Shown piece after piece: positions 8,314-15,925 of a stretch of 32,000 bases of DNA. A program made the translations under genes and the position numbers. Every line of letters begins with the position of its first letter. Within the stretch, counting starts at the first letter, position 1. Below the pieces are notes generated by a model. The model was not told the origin of the DNA and did not search any database. It saw only the letters and a list, made by a program, of their open reading frames with translations. Source of the stretch: Crocosphaera subtropica ATCC 51142 (GTDB lineage Bacteria; Cyanobacteriota; Cyanobacteriia; Cyanobacteriales; Microcystaceae); assembly GCF_000017845.1 (NCBI RefSeq), contig NC_010546.1, forward strand, positions 4,830,001 through 4,862,000, read 5' to 3'.

Positions 8314-8575
8314 TTTCATGGCATTCTCTAATCAAAATCTAAAAGACCTCTGCAAAAATCAGATTAGTGTGCTAAACTTCTCAAGAATCAACTGAGAATT
8401 ATTATCAGTTTGGATTAACTAGCGTCTTCCCAATCCAATCAATCAATTCCTACAGTCATTATGGCTGGAGGTTGTTTAGAGCCAGATTTGACGACTTTGG
8501 CTCAAGGAAGAAGTTAATGGAGGAATTTCATTCCCTCCTGACATCTCGCTCTTTGACACAATTAAAAATCAAACT

Positions 8576-11500
8576 ATGACACAAGTAAGCTTATCGACTT
8601 CTACTAATTTTGTCGGCGACCTCAACGCCCTGGTTGAAGATTTAGGCAATGCCTTGACTGTCCGTTTTGACCTGGATGAACCTGCCCCTGAAGGCGGTTT
8701 AAAGGTGTTCGTCGATAGTAATGTTGCACAAATTGTCAATCGTTTAGATTTACCTGGGTTTGCCTTTAACCCCATCACCGAAAACATTAATCCCGCATTA
8801 TTTGGCACAAGTTTTGATAATTCAGGGTTTTACCTGACCATTGATGAAGGCGCAACCTTTGGGACGTTTACCATTGACGTGTTTGATAATCCTGAACCTG
8901 ATACCTTTTTACCCGAAACCTTTGATGGGTTAGTAGAAGCCGTATTTGAGTTGAGAACTGAAGTAGCACCAGAAGATTTAGCCGATGTGGGAGCGTTAGG
9001 GGACTATACCATTGATCCCAATGCGGCCTCTTCTACGGTATTATTTGCCGATGATGAGAGTCAACTGCCTCAAGGGACAGGGTATGACGAAGCGGTCAGT
9101 GGCGATATTTCTGGTGATCCCAATAACCCTTTAATACTGCCTCTTTCGGAAGGAACCACCACCCTATCAGCGACAACAGGAGGAGGAGATCAAGAGTATG
9201 TAACTACGACTGTTCCTGAAGGGTTCCAATTAGATAGTTTGGTACTGGAGTCTTTCTCAACCCCTGACGATCCAGGGTTTATCGGGGTACAATCTGGGAC
9301 GACCTTTACAGAACCGTTGGATAATTCGGCTGATACAGGAAACTTCCTCGGTTATCTTACCTTTGGGTCTGAGGTTGGCACTGACATTTTAGATAATATG
9401 GGCAGTGCTTCTGGGGCTATTGGTTTTGAGGGGCCATTACCCAGTGGGGATTATACCTTTGCTCTACAACAACTAACGCCTTCCGGCAGTGAGTACACCC
9501 TAAACTTTAATATTTCAGAAGTTGAAATAGAACCGCCACCCTCTGATTTACCCTTGGTAAGTTTATTCACTGGCCCTAGTTACCTGATCGAAGATGAGGG
9601 AACCGTATCCGCTCATGCGTTTCTGGCGACGGGTGGGGTAATTCCTGAAGGCGGGTTAGTGGTGTCAGTCGATGCCCCTAACTTGAGTGAGTTTGACTTA
9701 GCAGGAGTCTCCGTTGAAGGAGGTGAAATTGTCGCCGTGCGTGATGGTGGTTTTGACCTGCGGATGACGGAGTACACGACGCTGGTGAACCTGCCTATTG
9801 CTGATGATGGCGAAACCGAAGTTGGAGAAACTGCGACCTTTAGCTTGGCATCTGGAGAAGGGTATGAGATTGTAGAAGACTACAGTGGTGGTAGCATTAA
9901 CTTAGTCGATACAGGGTCAGATATTCCGCAAGGCGTTATCAGCGAACCCAACAACACCATTCCAACCGCAACTAATACTCGAATCAGCCCTGAGAACCCA
10001 ACATTTTCTGGCACTGGAGATGTCTACTTCGATATCGGCAACAGATACCTCAACGAAGACGGCACTTACACATACATCGACTACAGCGAGGATGTTGATG
10101 TCTACAAGGTGGAATTGAGTGCAGGGGATACAGTTACCCTTGAAACCTCTGATTTCGAGACAAACCTTGATCAATTCGCCCGTGGTCTTAGTTTAAATAC
10201 AATGGTCTTTGATGCCGAAGGGAATCAGCTTCGAGACTACGATGGCAGTGTTTGGCTTGCTGCCCCGGATAAGTTATTTGGCGGAGTCAGTTTTTTCGAT
10301 GAAAACGAAACTGACAGCTATCAAGAATTTACCGCTCCCGAAGACGGCACTTATTACTTCGCCTTTGGCAACTATGGCTCTGTATTAACCTTTGAATATC
10401 ATCAAGATTTTCGTAGACCATTATACGATCCCTTCACGCCAAATACGGGTGGCGGAAATCGAGCAAATTTCGGTGAGTATGGCATTGAGATCAATCTGTT
10501 AACAGAGGAGAATCCACGCAAGATAGGCACGCCGACTCCCCCTGTGAGCAATCCTAACGTTACCAATCCCCCTACGCTCTCTTTGAGTGCTAACCCAGCT
10601 ACCGTAGACAGTGAAGGCAACTTCACCAATGCAGTTGTGGAACATTTGGAGGAGTCGAACGAAATCTCCAGCGTGACTTTTACCATTGAAGCGGAGGGCG
10701 AAATTCCTGAAGGGGGTATTGAATTTGTTCTTAATAGCGATGCCAACTTATTTGATTACGTTTCATTTCAGGGTCAGAATCGTCTTCCCGAAACAGTGGG
10801 TGGACAATCGTTAGGAGCATTTTACAACGAGGAGGGCATCCCAACGGGAATCCGATTACTGATCGAAGAACCGACGATGACACTCAACTATGAGGCGGCT
10901 AATACTTCTAGACAGGAAAGCTTCTTTGAATATTTTTACGGAAACGTATTTGAAGCATTTGAGCCTCTAGAAACTGATGGTGCTGAAGATGTTACCTTTT
11001 TCCTACAGCCAGGAGAAGGCTACGAGATTGCTCCCGATGCAGCCGAGACAACGATTACCTATTATGATTCTCTGGCAGATGTTCCCCCGTCTACTGGTGG
11101 GGGGGAGACGGTCCCAGAAGTGGGGGTGACCGTCAGTGAGACAGAACTGATTGAGACTGAAGGAACAGAAACGACGCTGACCTTTACCCTTTCGGAACCC
11201 CCCCCACCAGAGGGGTTAACGGTTTATTTGGATAGCGAAGACAACACCCTTATCGGTAGTGTCCTTAGTCAGTTTGATATCTTTAGTGCTGAAATTAGCG
11301 GGGGCGATTTTCCAGTTGCCAATGGAGATAATTCTGGCTTCTTCTTCAACATTACCGAACAGACTGCCAGTATCACGGTGCCAGTTTTTAACGAATTAGC
11401 AGTTGATTCGGGGTTTGATCCAGAAACTTTTCAAGAAGGCATTATCGCTCTCTCCTTTGCCCTACAACCGCAGCCGGGCTACACCATCGACAATGATGCC

Positions 11501-13792
11501 AGTGAAATTAACTTTACGATTGCCGATAATCCAGATTCACAGATTCAGGTTGCTTTTATCGCTGAACCCACAGACTTGATCGAATCAGAAGGGACGGTTA
11601 GCATTCACACCTTTTTCCTTAGTGCGCCCCCACCGGAAGAGGGTTTAACGGTTAGCGTTAGTGCAGATTCTCTTGATGATTTCGATCTAGATAACCTTGA
11701 GGTAGAAGGTGGTGCCATTGCTGAGGTAAGAGATGATGGTTTTGACCTGACGATTACCGATCAAGTTGCCACCATTAGCTTACCCATTCTCCAAGACGGC
11801 ACGGATGAAGGCAGCGAAACGGCTACCTTTACCCTAGAACCAGGAGATACCTATGAAATTAACCAGGCTGTTAATGAAGTGACCTTTAACTTGGGCGAGA
11901 CCTTAGATGAGGTTGGCATTTCCCAAGAGAGTGAATCTATAGGAGGCGGCCCCAACGCTAACACTAACAACATCATTCCCGATGCTACCGCACTAGGTCT
12001 TAGTTCTGAAAATGCTTCTGTTTCCATCAACGGGTTTATAGGGACAGAATTTCAAGATTATCCCGAAGATGTTGACTTCTTCTCCTTCAATTTGGAAGCA
12101 GGGCAAACTGTCAGCTTGGATATTGACACTGAAGAGACTCTGCCTAACGCAGATACCGGAAGACCAGTCGTCTATCCAGCTTTCTCAGATATCCTGCAAA
12201 AGATCGATACCGAGTTGCGCTTGTTCGATGCAGAGGGGAATGAACTGGCTGCCAACAATGATGGTGCTGCCCCTGGCGAGGAGTTCTCTCGCGATCCGTT
12301 TTTAGAATATACAGCAACAGAATCAGGCACCTACTATGTGGGGGTGAGTCAACTGGGGAACCGCAACTACGACCCCTTTGTTAGCAGAAGCGGTAGTGGT
12401 TGGACATTTCCAGAAGTGGGCGTTAACTTTGGTTCCTACGAACTTACCGCCACCCTTACTCCCGAATCTGAATCGCCCATCGTCAGCCTAACTGCCACCC
12501 CTGATCTCATTACCGAGGAAGAAGGCAACCCTCTCACCCTCAACTTCACCACAACAGGAGCATTCCCCACAGAAGGGATTATTATTGCCACCTCTGCCCT
12601 CTTTAACCCTCAAATTGACTTCAGCGACTTCGATTTTGAAGATCCTGAAAAAGTAAGCGGCATTGAATATTTCGACTTTGCTCGTACTCCAGAAGGTGAA
12701 ATCGTCGATTTATGGACATTAACTCAACCTGATGCCTTTATTAAGCTTACCGCCTTTGACGATAGCGTCGCCGAAGTAGATGACGTTTATACCCTCAATC
12801 TTTTATCTCCAGAGGACTTTGAATTAGACGGCTATGAATTAGATCCCAACGCTACGTCTGCTTCAGTTACCATTAGTGATGGTGTGCCGAATTTAGACAC
12901 TCCCTCCATTAGTATCAGTGCTGAACCCACTAACCTCGAAGAAGGGGATACCTTAACCGTGACCTTGAATGCAGACGGAGACATTCCCGATGGGGGATTA
13001 GAGATCAATGTGGATAGCGATGTACAGGGGGCGATCGGAGAATTTAATATCTTCGATGAAAATGGCAACTTCTTACCTACTTACGAAGGATTAGCTGGAA
13101 ATCCTGAAGTAAATGGCGATGCTAGTGGCTTTACCGCCATCATGACCGAAAATACCGCCACTATCACCCTCTCTGTATTCGATGATGGACCCAATGAAGG
13201 GGCTGAAGAGTTGACTTTCCGTTTATTGGATGGGGAAAATTACGGGGTTGCGACTGGTGCAGGAGAATTTACCTTAACCCTTGATGATGCCCCTGAACTT
13301 CCTGTGTTTGGCAGTCTTGATGGGGAAACCTTTGACGCAGGGGTTACTCCTGGGTTTGATGGCACTGATGACATCGTATTCGGTGGCTCAGGAGATGACT
13401 TCATTGATACCGTTGCGGGCAATGGAGGCAACCGTCTCTATGGACAATCTGGCGATGATACGTTTATCCTCGGTCATAATGACCGTGCCTTTGCCGGTGC
13501 AGGGGATGATAGTTTCTTCCTCTTAGGGGGTAATAACGTGGTTACAGGGGGTGCAGGGTCTGACAGTTTCTGGCTTGCTGTGGCTGAGATTCCTGAAGCA
13601 GCCAACACCATCACTGACTTTGACCTAGAAGCGGATGTTTTGGGCATTGCTGGCTTGGGCATTGGCTTTGACGGTTTAACGATCAGTGAAGAAAACGGCG
13701 ATACCTTAATTGCCACTGGAGACGATGAGTTGGCTAAACTGCTTGGTGTTAATGCTGGTAGTTTGAATGCTGATCACTTTGTCTTTGCTTAG
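8576..13792 (+). CDS. Giant acidic secreted RTX protein: repeated Calx-beta-like modules, two internal PPC (pre-peptidase C-terminal type) domains and a C-terminal RTX block; putative type I secretion substrate
   Basis: 1738-aa uninterrupted ORF with no N-terminal signal peptide. I read no Cys in the translation. It is rich in D/E/G/T and poor in K/R. The C-terminus has GGSGDDFID, GQSGDDTFI, GAGDDSFFL and GGAGSDSFW nonapeptides and ends in ...LNADHFVFA. Confidence 0.85.
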   Translation: MTQVSLSTSTNFVGDLNALVEDLGNALTVRFDLDEPAPEGGLKVFVDSNVAQIVNRLDLPGFAFNPITENINPALFGTSFDNSGFYLTIDEGATFGTFTIDVFDNPEPDTFLPETFDGLVEAVFELRTEVAPEDLADVGALGDYTIDPNAASSTVLFADDESQLPQGTGYDEAVSGDISGDPNNPLILPLSEGTTTLSATTGGGDQEYVTTTVPEGFQLDSLVLESFSTPDDPGFIGVQSGTTFTEPLDNSADTGNFLGYLTFGSEVGTDILDNMGSASGAIGFEGPLPSGDYTFALQQLTPSGSEYTLNFNISEVEIEPPPSDLPLVSLFTGPSYLIEDEGTVSAHAFLATGGVIPEGGLVVSVDAPNLSEFDLAGVSVEGGEIVAVRDGGFDLRMTEYTTLVNLPIADDGETEVGETATFSLASGEGYEIVEDYSGGSINLVDTGSDIPQGVISEPNNTIPTATNTRISPENPTFSGTGDVYFDIGNRYLNEDGTYTYIDYSEDVDVYKVELSAGDTVTLETSDFETNLDQFARGLSLNTMVFDAEGNQLRDYDGSVWLAAPDKLFGGVSFFDENETDSYQEFTAPEDGTYYFAFGNYGSVLTFEYHQDFRRPLYDPFTPNTGGGNRANFGEYGIEINLLTEENPRKIGTPTPPVSNPNVTNPPTLSLSANPATVDSEGNFTNAVVEHLEESNEISSVTFTIEAEGEIPEGGIEFVLNSDANLFDYVSFQGQNRLPETVGGQSLGAFYNEEGIPTGIRLLIEEPTMTLNYEAANTSRQESFFEYFYGNVFEAFEPLETDGAEDVTFFLQPGEGYEIAPDAAETTITYYDSLADVPPSTGGGETVPEVGVTVSETELIETEGTETTLTFTLSEPPPPEGLTVYLDSEDNTLIGSVLSQFDIFSAEISGGDFPVANGDNSGFFFNITEQTASITVPVFNELAVDSGFDPETFQEGIIALSFALQPQPGYTIDNDASEINFTIADNPDSQIQVAFIAEPTDLIESEGTVSIHTFFLSAPPPEEGLTVSVSADSLDDFDLDNLEVEGGAIAEVRDDGFDLTITDQVATISLPILQDGTDEGSETATFTLEPGDTYEINQAVNEVTFNLGETLDEVGISQESESIGGGPNANTNNIIPDATALGLSSENASVSINGFIGTEFQDYPEDVDFFSFNLEAGQTVSLDIDTEETLPNADTGRPVVYPAFSDILQKIDTELRLFDAEGNELAANNDGAAPGEEFSRDPFLEYTATESGTYYVGVSQLGNRNYDPFVSRSGSGWTFPEVGVNFGSYELTATLTPESESPIVSLTATPDLITEEEGNPLTLNFTTTGAFPTEGIIIATSALFNPQIDFSDFDFEDPEKVSGIEYFDFARTPEGEIVDLWTLTQPDAFIKLTAFDDSVAEVDDVYTLNLLSPEDFELDGYELDPNATSASVTISDGVPNLDTPSISISAEPTNLEEGDTLTVTLNADGDIPDGGLEINVDSDVQGAIGEFNIFDENGNFLPTYEGLAGNPEVNGDASGFTAIMTENTATITLSVFDDGPNEGAEELTFRLLDGENYGVATGAGEFTLTLDDAPELPVFGSLDGETFDAGVTPGFDGTDDIVFGGSGDDFIDTVAGNGGNRLYGQSGDDTFILGHNDRAFAGAGDDSFFLLGGNNVVTGGAGSDSFWLAVAEIPEAANTITDFDLEADVLGIAGLGIGFDGLTISEENGDTLIATGDDELAKLLGVNAGSLNADHFVFA
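9548..10501 (+). other. Supermodule 1 of the giant protein: Calx-beta-like module (9548-9910) followed by PPC-like domain (9944-10501)
   Basis: The Calx-beta-like part is IEDEGTVSAHAF...IPEGGLVVSVDAPNLSEFDL..VEGGEIVAVRDGGFDL...LPIADDGETEVGETATFSLASGEGYEI. The PPC-like part is EPNNTIPTATN...DVDVYKVELSAGDTVTLE...MVFDAEGNQL...APEDGTYYFAF...YGIEINLL. Confidence 0.6.
11540..12457 (+). other. Supermodule 2 of the giant protein: Calx-beta-like module (11540-11899) followed by PPC-like domain (11954-12457)
   Basis: The Calx-beta-like part is IESEGTVSIHTF...PEEGLTVSVSADSLDDFDL..VEGGAIAEVRDDGFDL...LPILQDGTDEGSETATFTLEPGDTYEI. The PPC-like part is NNIIPDATALG...DVDFFSFNLEAGQTVSLD...LRLFDAEGNEL...ATESGTYYVGV...GSYELTATL. 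The order and sequence are clearly homologous to supermodule 1. Confidence 0.6.
13367..13576 (+). other. RTX (hemolysin-type Ca-binding nonapeptide) block of the giant protein
   Basis: Four to five GGxGxDxUx-type repeats are read directly from the translation. Confidence 0.8.
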
Positions 13793-13811
13793 AACCATTA
13801 GTTCAGTACAA

Positions 13812-13844
13812 TTGCGATCGCAGATTACTCCTCTGCGATCGCAA
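13812..13844 (+). terminator. 13-bp perfect hairpin built from two HIP1 copies, 20 nt after the giant gene stop
   Basis: TTGCGATCGCAGA (13812-13824), loop TTACTCC, TCTGCGATCGCAA (13832-13844). It is followed by AAAAATT, so there is no U-tract on the + strand. Confidence 0.45.
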
Positions 13845-13964
13845 AAATTCCCACCATTCATTTAATTTTGGAGTAAATTTTCTTAATAAAGAGCAAGGGT
13901 TTTACAGGCTAATAGATTATGGTTCATAGGTGACTATTCGGTAAAAAAGCTTTTAATGATTTCT

Positions 13965-14363
13965 CTAAGGTAAAAATCGATCTAAAGCTGCCTTTAATTC
14001 TTGTAATTCCTCTTCGATGTTACCTTCTTGAGCAGCACGAGCAACACATTCATTCAAATGTTCGTCTAAAATCAGACGAGATACCCGATCAATTGCGCCT
14101 CTAACTGCAGCTAATTGAATCAAAACTTCGGGACAAGGGCGACTTTCTGAAACCATTGTTTTTACTCCCCTAATATGTCCCTCAATGCGAGACAGACGGT
14201 TTATAATTTGTTTCAAAGAAGCCTCACTATGAACGTGCTTATGGGAGGCTCCATGATTGTGATTATGGGTTGGTTCTATTTTAGCTTGAGTCAATGTCTT
14301 ACTTTTCACTTCAATGTTTGACAATAATTTTACTGTAAAGGGTTTTGATAGGTAGTGAAACAC
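13965..14363 (-). CDS. CsoR/RcnR-family metal-sensing transcriptional repressor, InrS-like (His-rich N-terminal extension)
   Basis: The core is LKQIINRLSRIEGHIRGVKTMVSESRPCPEVLIQLAAVRGAIDRVSRLILDEHLNECV. The putative ligand set is H (EGH), C (RPC), H and C (EHLNEC), an H-C-H-C fingerprint. The N-terminus has HNHNHGASHKHVH. The start is uncertain: the track uses GTG at 14363, and an in-frame TTG at Leu24 is an alternative. Confidence 0.8.
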   Translation of the reverse strand: MFHYLSKPFTVKLLSNIEVKSKTLTQAKIEPTHNHNHGASHKHVHSEASLKQIINRLSRIEGHIRGVKTMVSESRPCPEVLIQLAAVRGAIDRVSRLILDEHLNECVARAAQEGNIEEELQELKAALDRFLP

Positions 14364-14382
14364 AAATCAACAACAGTATATT

Positions 14383-14413
14383 AAGACTGATTACAAAAAC
14401 ATCAGTCTTTTTT
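14383..14413 (+). terminator. Canonical intrinsic-terminator-shaped hairpin oriented for the + strand
   Basis: AAGACTGAT (14383-14391), 9-nt loop, ATCAGTCTT (14401-14409), running into TTTTTT (14408-14413). There is no + strand gene upstream. On the - strand it lies downstream of the phosphoribosyltransferase gene but lacks a U-tract there. Confidence 0.45.
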
Positions 14414-14534
14414 CATGATTAAGTTGAATTGTATCTGACTAATTAGTATGACATATTTTTCAGGATTTGGGTTAGGAGTAATTTTTTGAATAAGCATTAA
14501 GACTGACAATAAATCTTAACTACCAATCTAAAAT

Positions 14535-15035
14535 TTAGCTTGAGGATAAGTCTTTTAAATTCATGGTTTCATAGCGTTCAAAGGGTTGATGAATCCAGGG
14601 ATTATCTGCTAGATATTCTACATAATAATCAGGTTGAAACTGAGAACAACTTTTATACCAAATGACAGCAGTACGCAGTTCTTGAAGAGAAGAACAGTAA
14701 CTAGACAACCATTGAGTTACTGCTTGTAAGCTTACCCCAGAATCCACCAAATCATCCACTAATAAAATACGAGATCCTAATGTTTCATTGGTCATGGCTA
14801 GATGTTGACCAATTTGAATTTCTTCCCGGCAACGATTATCTTCTCCCCCATAGGAAGCAGCAGCAATGATGCCCAAAGGAATATCGTAAAGACGACTGAG
14901 AATATCCCCCACCCTTAACCCTCCTTTAGCAATACAAACAATTTGATCAAATTGCCATTGAGATTGATGAATTTTCACCGCCAAGGTTTCAATATGCTGG
15001 TGATAAGTTTCCCAAGAAACATATAAATCGGACAT
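14535..15035 (-). CDS. Phosphoribosyltransferase (purine/xanthine-guanine PRT-like, type I PRT fold)
   Basis: ATG at 15035 (the track uses TTG at 15050). The PRPP-binding loop is ILLVDDLVDSGVSL. The size of about 166 aa is typical of Gpt-like PRTs. Confidence 0.75.
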   Translation of the reverse strand: MSDLYVSWETYHQHIETLAVKIHQSQWQFDQIVCIAKGGLRVGDILSRLYDIPLGIIAAASYGGEDNRCREEIQIGQHLAMTNETLGSRILLVDDLVDSGVSLQAVTQWLSSYCSSLQELRTAVIWYKSCSQFQPDYYVEYLADNPWIHQPFERYETMNLKDLSSS

Positions 15036-15064
15036 ACAACATTTAATCAAGAAATGATCAACTT

Positions 15065-15099
15065 CAAACTCCGAACTCCCAACTCCGAACTCCGAACCC
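15065..15099 (-). repeat. Tandem heptamer array (GAGTTCG family) read on the - strand, x5, plus a degenerate sixth unit at 15058-15064
   Basis: The - strand reads GGGTTCG GAGTTCG GAGTTGG GAGTTCG GAGTTTG (AAGTTGA). The array starts 3 nt after the ribH stop codon and fills the ribH-PRT spacer. Confidence 0.9.
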
Positions 15100-15102
15100 A
15101 GG

Positions 15103-15654
15103 TTATTCTGAGATCATCGGGTTTTTCATTTGAGACACTGGTAAAGAGGCTTGAGAATTATTCGGTGTGACTTGACCCCGTAATTGACCCATTAAACTGG
15201 CCATTTCTAGGGCATTTAGGGCATAATTCCAGCCTAAATTACTCTTAATACCAGCCCTTTCTAACGCTTGCTGCATGGTATCAGTGGTTAAAATACCGAA
15301 TACCACAGGAGTTCCTGTTTGAAAGCCCACTGCTGCGATCCCTTTAGCTGCTTCTGCTGCAACGTAATCAAAATGAGGGGTATGGCCACGAATAATAGCC
15401 CCTAAACAGATAATGGCATCATAATTGCCCGATAAGGCTAATTGACGGGCTACCAGAGGAACTTCAAAACTACCAGGAACCCAGACATAGTCCACTTGGG
15501 TTCCGTGGGGGTTAACATCAATACCATGACGCTTTAAACAGTCTTGACACCCGGCCAATAGTTTATCGGTTACTAAATCATTAAAACGACCGATAACGAT
15601 AGCAAACCGCAAAGTGGACGGATCTTGGGTAAAGGTTCCCTCAAAAATGGTCAT
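15103..15654 (-). CDS. ribH: 6,7-dimethyl-8-ribityllumazine synthase
   Basis: 183 aa with an ATG start. It contains [19 protein letters not shown]...[13 protein letters not shown]...[20 protein letters not shown], the classic RibH pattern. Confidence 0.9.
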
Positions 15655-15676
15655 AATTTTCGCTTTAAATGTTCTA

Positions 15677-15715
15677 CAAAAAAATCCCCACCTTTAAGCA
15701 TAGCTAAAGATGGGG
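15677..15715 (-). terminator. Rho-independent terminator of psbZ
   Basis: The - strand reads CCCCATCTTTA-GCTATGCT-TAAAGGTGGGG (one mismatch) followed by ATTTTTTTG. The hairpin starts 21 nt after the psbZ stop, and the element's 3' end at 15677 is 22 nt before the ribH ATG. Confidence 0.7.
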
Positions 15716-15736
15716 CGTGATGCTGTGGGATAATGA

Positions 15737-15925
15737 TTAAACTACTAAGAAGTTTAAGATAGCCACTAACAACACTAAGCCGATCCAAATAGCAGACCCA
15801 ACGTATAATAAAGGCTTAGACTGGTCCCAGTTTTGGGGAGAAGCATAAGCGACGGGAACGGCAACCACCATAACAAAGGAAAAGAAAACGAGGGCAGTTA
15901 AGACAAGTTGGAAGATAATAGACAT
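15737..15925 (-). CDS. psbZ: Photosystem II reaction centre protein Z (Ycf9)
   Basis: 62 aa with two TM helices. [30 protein letters not shown]...[16 protein letters not shown] matches PsbZ. Confidence 0.9.
   Translation of the reverse strand: MSIIFQLVLTALVFFSFVMVVAVPVAYASPQNWDQSKPLLYVGSAIWIGLVLLVAILNFLVV

Noticed and set aside
8461-8517. An 18-codon ORF (MAGGCLEPDLTTLAQGRS) in the giant-gene leader, considered as a real micropeptide gene.
   Set aside because: There is no SD and no conservation evidence available. It is kept only as a possible uORF note within the leader finding.
8569-13716. Eight track ORFs overlap the giant gene (8569-8808, 9917-10174, 10402-10746, 12069-12305, 12832-13068, 13240-13431, 13281-13526, 13474-13716).
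   Set aside because: All lie antisense or out of frame inside a 5.2-kb ORF with coherent domain structure. Their translations are low-complexity S/P/A/L-rich, as expected for shadow frames of a GA(N)/GG(N)-rich gene, and there are no RBS signals.
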